Assembly (NCBI GenBank): GCA_963664195.1
Contig: OY760907.1
Coordinates: forward strand, 2,528,001-2,592,000
Reading direction: 5' to 3'
DNA length: 64,000 nt
Source: an uncultured candidate division Zixibacteria bacterium
GTDB taxonomy: Bacteria; Zixibacteria; MSB-5A5; GN15; FEB-12
The first letter of the stretch is position 1. The number at the start of each line of letters is the position of its first letter. The notes beneath the pieces are model-generated. The model had not been told where the DNA came from. It saw only the letters and a program-made list of their open reading frames with translations, and made no database searches. The translations under genes were made by a program, and so were the position numbers. Positions 63,179-64,000 of the stretch are shown here, piece by piece.

Positions 63179-63703
63179 GTGGAAGAGATCAAGAAATACA
63201 TTCGCAGTGTACAGGACTTTCCCAAAGACGGAGTCGTTTTTTACGATATTACCACGCTCATGCAGGACCCGACCGGGTTTGAGCTGGCTCTCAACGGTAT
63301 GCAGACGTATGTCGAAAGCTGCGAGCCGGAGAAAATCCTGGCGGTGGAATCGAGAGGATTCGTATTTGGCGCGGCTCTGGCTGACCGTCTTGATCTACCG
63401 CTTGTCCCGGCGAGAAAACCGGGGAAACTGCCCTTCACGACCATTTCGGAAGAATATGCTCTTGAGTACGGGACTGACCGTTTGGAACTCCACGCCGACG
63501 CCGTAAGCGAAGGGGAGAGGGTGGTGATTGTCGACGACCTGATCGCAACCGGCGGCACGCTGGCAGCCTGCTGCAAACTGGTGGAGCGATTGGGGGGCGT
63601 TGTGGCCGGGATATCTTCGGTGATCGGATTGACTTTTCTGCCGTACGCGAGCGCTCTTGAGGGTTACGACTACAATTACCTGATCACGTACGACTCGGAG
63701 TAG
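63179..63703 (+). CDS. apt: Adenine phosphoribosyltransferase
   Basis: IR...DFPK.GV.FYDIT, ESRGF, RKPGKLP, Y.LEYG, VDDLIATGGT; GTG 63179. Confidence 0.97.
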   Translation: MEEIKKYIRSVQDFPKDGVVFYDITTLMQDPTGFELALNGMQTYVESCEPEKILAVESRGFVFGAALADRLDLPLVPARKPGKLPFTTISEEYALEYGTDRLELHADAVSEGERVVIVDDLIATGGTLAACCKLVERLGGVVAGISSVIGLTFLPYASALEGYDYNYLITYDSE

Positions 63704-63715
63704 TCTACTAGTAAG

Positions 63716-63737
63716 TCATCCTGAGCTTGTCGAAGGG
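63716..63737 (+). repeat. Short dispersed repeat GTCATCCTGAGCTTGTCGAAGG
   Basis: Related to the reverse complement of 16034-16056 (GTCACATTGAGCCTGTCGAAATG). Confidence 0.5.
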
Positions 63738-63758
63738 TGGCCCTCTTTCCAAGTCTTT

Positions 63759-63961
63759 GTAGGGCAGATTTGTCCGCAAACCTGCCAATCACAATGTCGA
63801 ACCTTTCTGGTTCGACCTTTCCGGCAGGTCTGAAGACAGACCCGCCCTACAAGATGAAAGCTAGTCCTCGTAGGGCAGATTTGTCCGCAAAAAGGCCAAT
63901 CACAATGTCGAGCCATTCTGGTTCGACCCTTTCGGCAGGTCTGAAGACAGACCTTCCCTAC
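63759..63961. repeat. Tandem pair of 92-bp REPIN-like units
   Basis: Units 63759-63850 and 63870-63961; each has GTAGGGCAG..., a central GTCGA..TTCGAC hairpin and ...CCCTAC. Confidence 0.88.
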
Positions 63962-64000
63962 GAATCTACTACTGCCAGCCTAAGCCTACCCGAGAAACCC

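Noticed and set aside
63759..63961. Tandem repeats as a CRISPR array
   Set aside because: The intervening sequences are also repeated, so there are no unique spacers

Overview
Core-genome window of a GC-moderate bacterium; protein styles suggest an FCB-related or other deep-branching lineage (inference only). It carries almost the whole translation/transcription superoperon: rplM-rpsI-rpsB-tsf-pyrH-frr; tRNA-Thr-tuf-rpmG-tRNA-Trp-secE-nusG-rplKAJL-rpoBC; str, S10, spc and alpha operons. It also carries lipid/isoprenoid genes (uppS, cdsA, a UbiA-family prenyltransferase, ispA, dxs, plsY, gpsA), uvrC, xseAB, nadK, surE, apt and five tRNAs. The most striking feature is the gene at the rplV position (44255-45028). 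It encodes a tripartite protein: a diverged but selectively conserved second copy of the small-subunit protein uS19 fold, fused in frame to uL22 with an atypical tunnel-loop tip, then a Lys/Ala-rich tail. An intact rpsS lies directly upstream. Other points: a lone antisense TM-NTPase-TPR (STAND-like) gene bracketed by inverted repeats; dispersed GTAG-type REP/REPIN-like elements showing compensatory base changes; two +1 frameshifts in ispA and dxs; a structured rplJ-rplL spacer; and probable leaderless promoters. No CRISPR array, transposase or integrase was seen.
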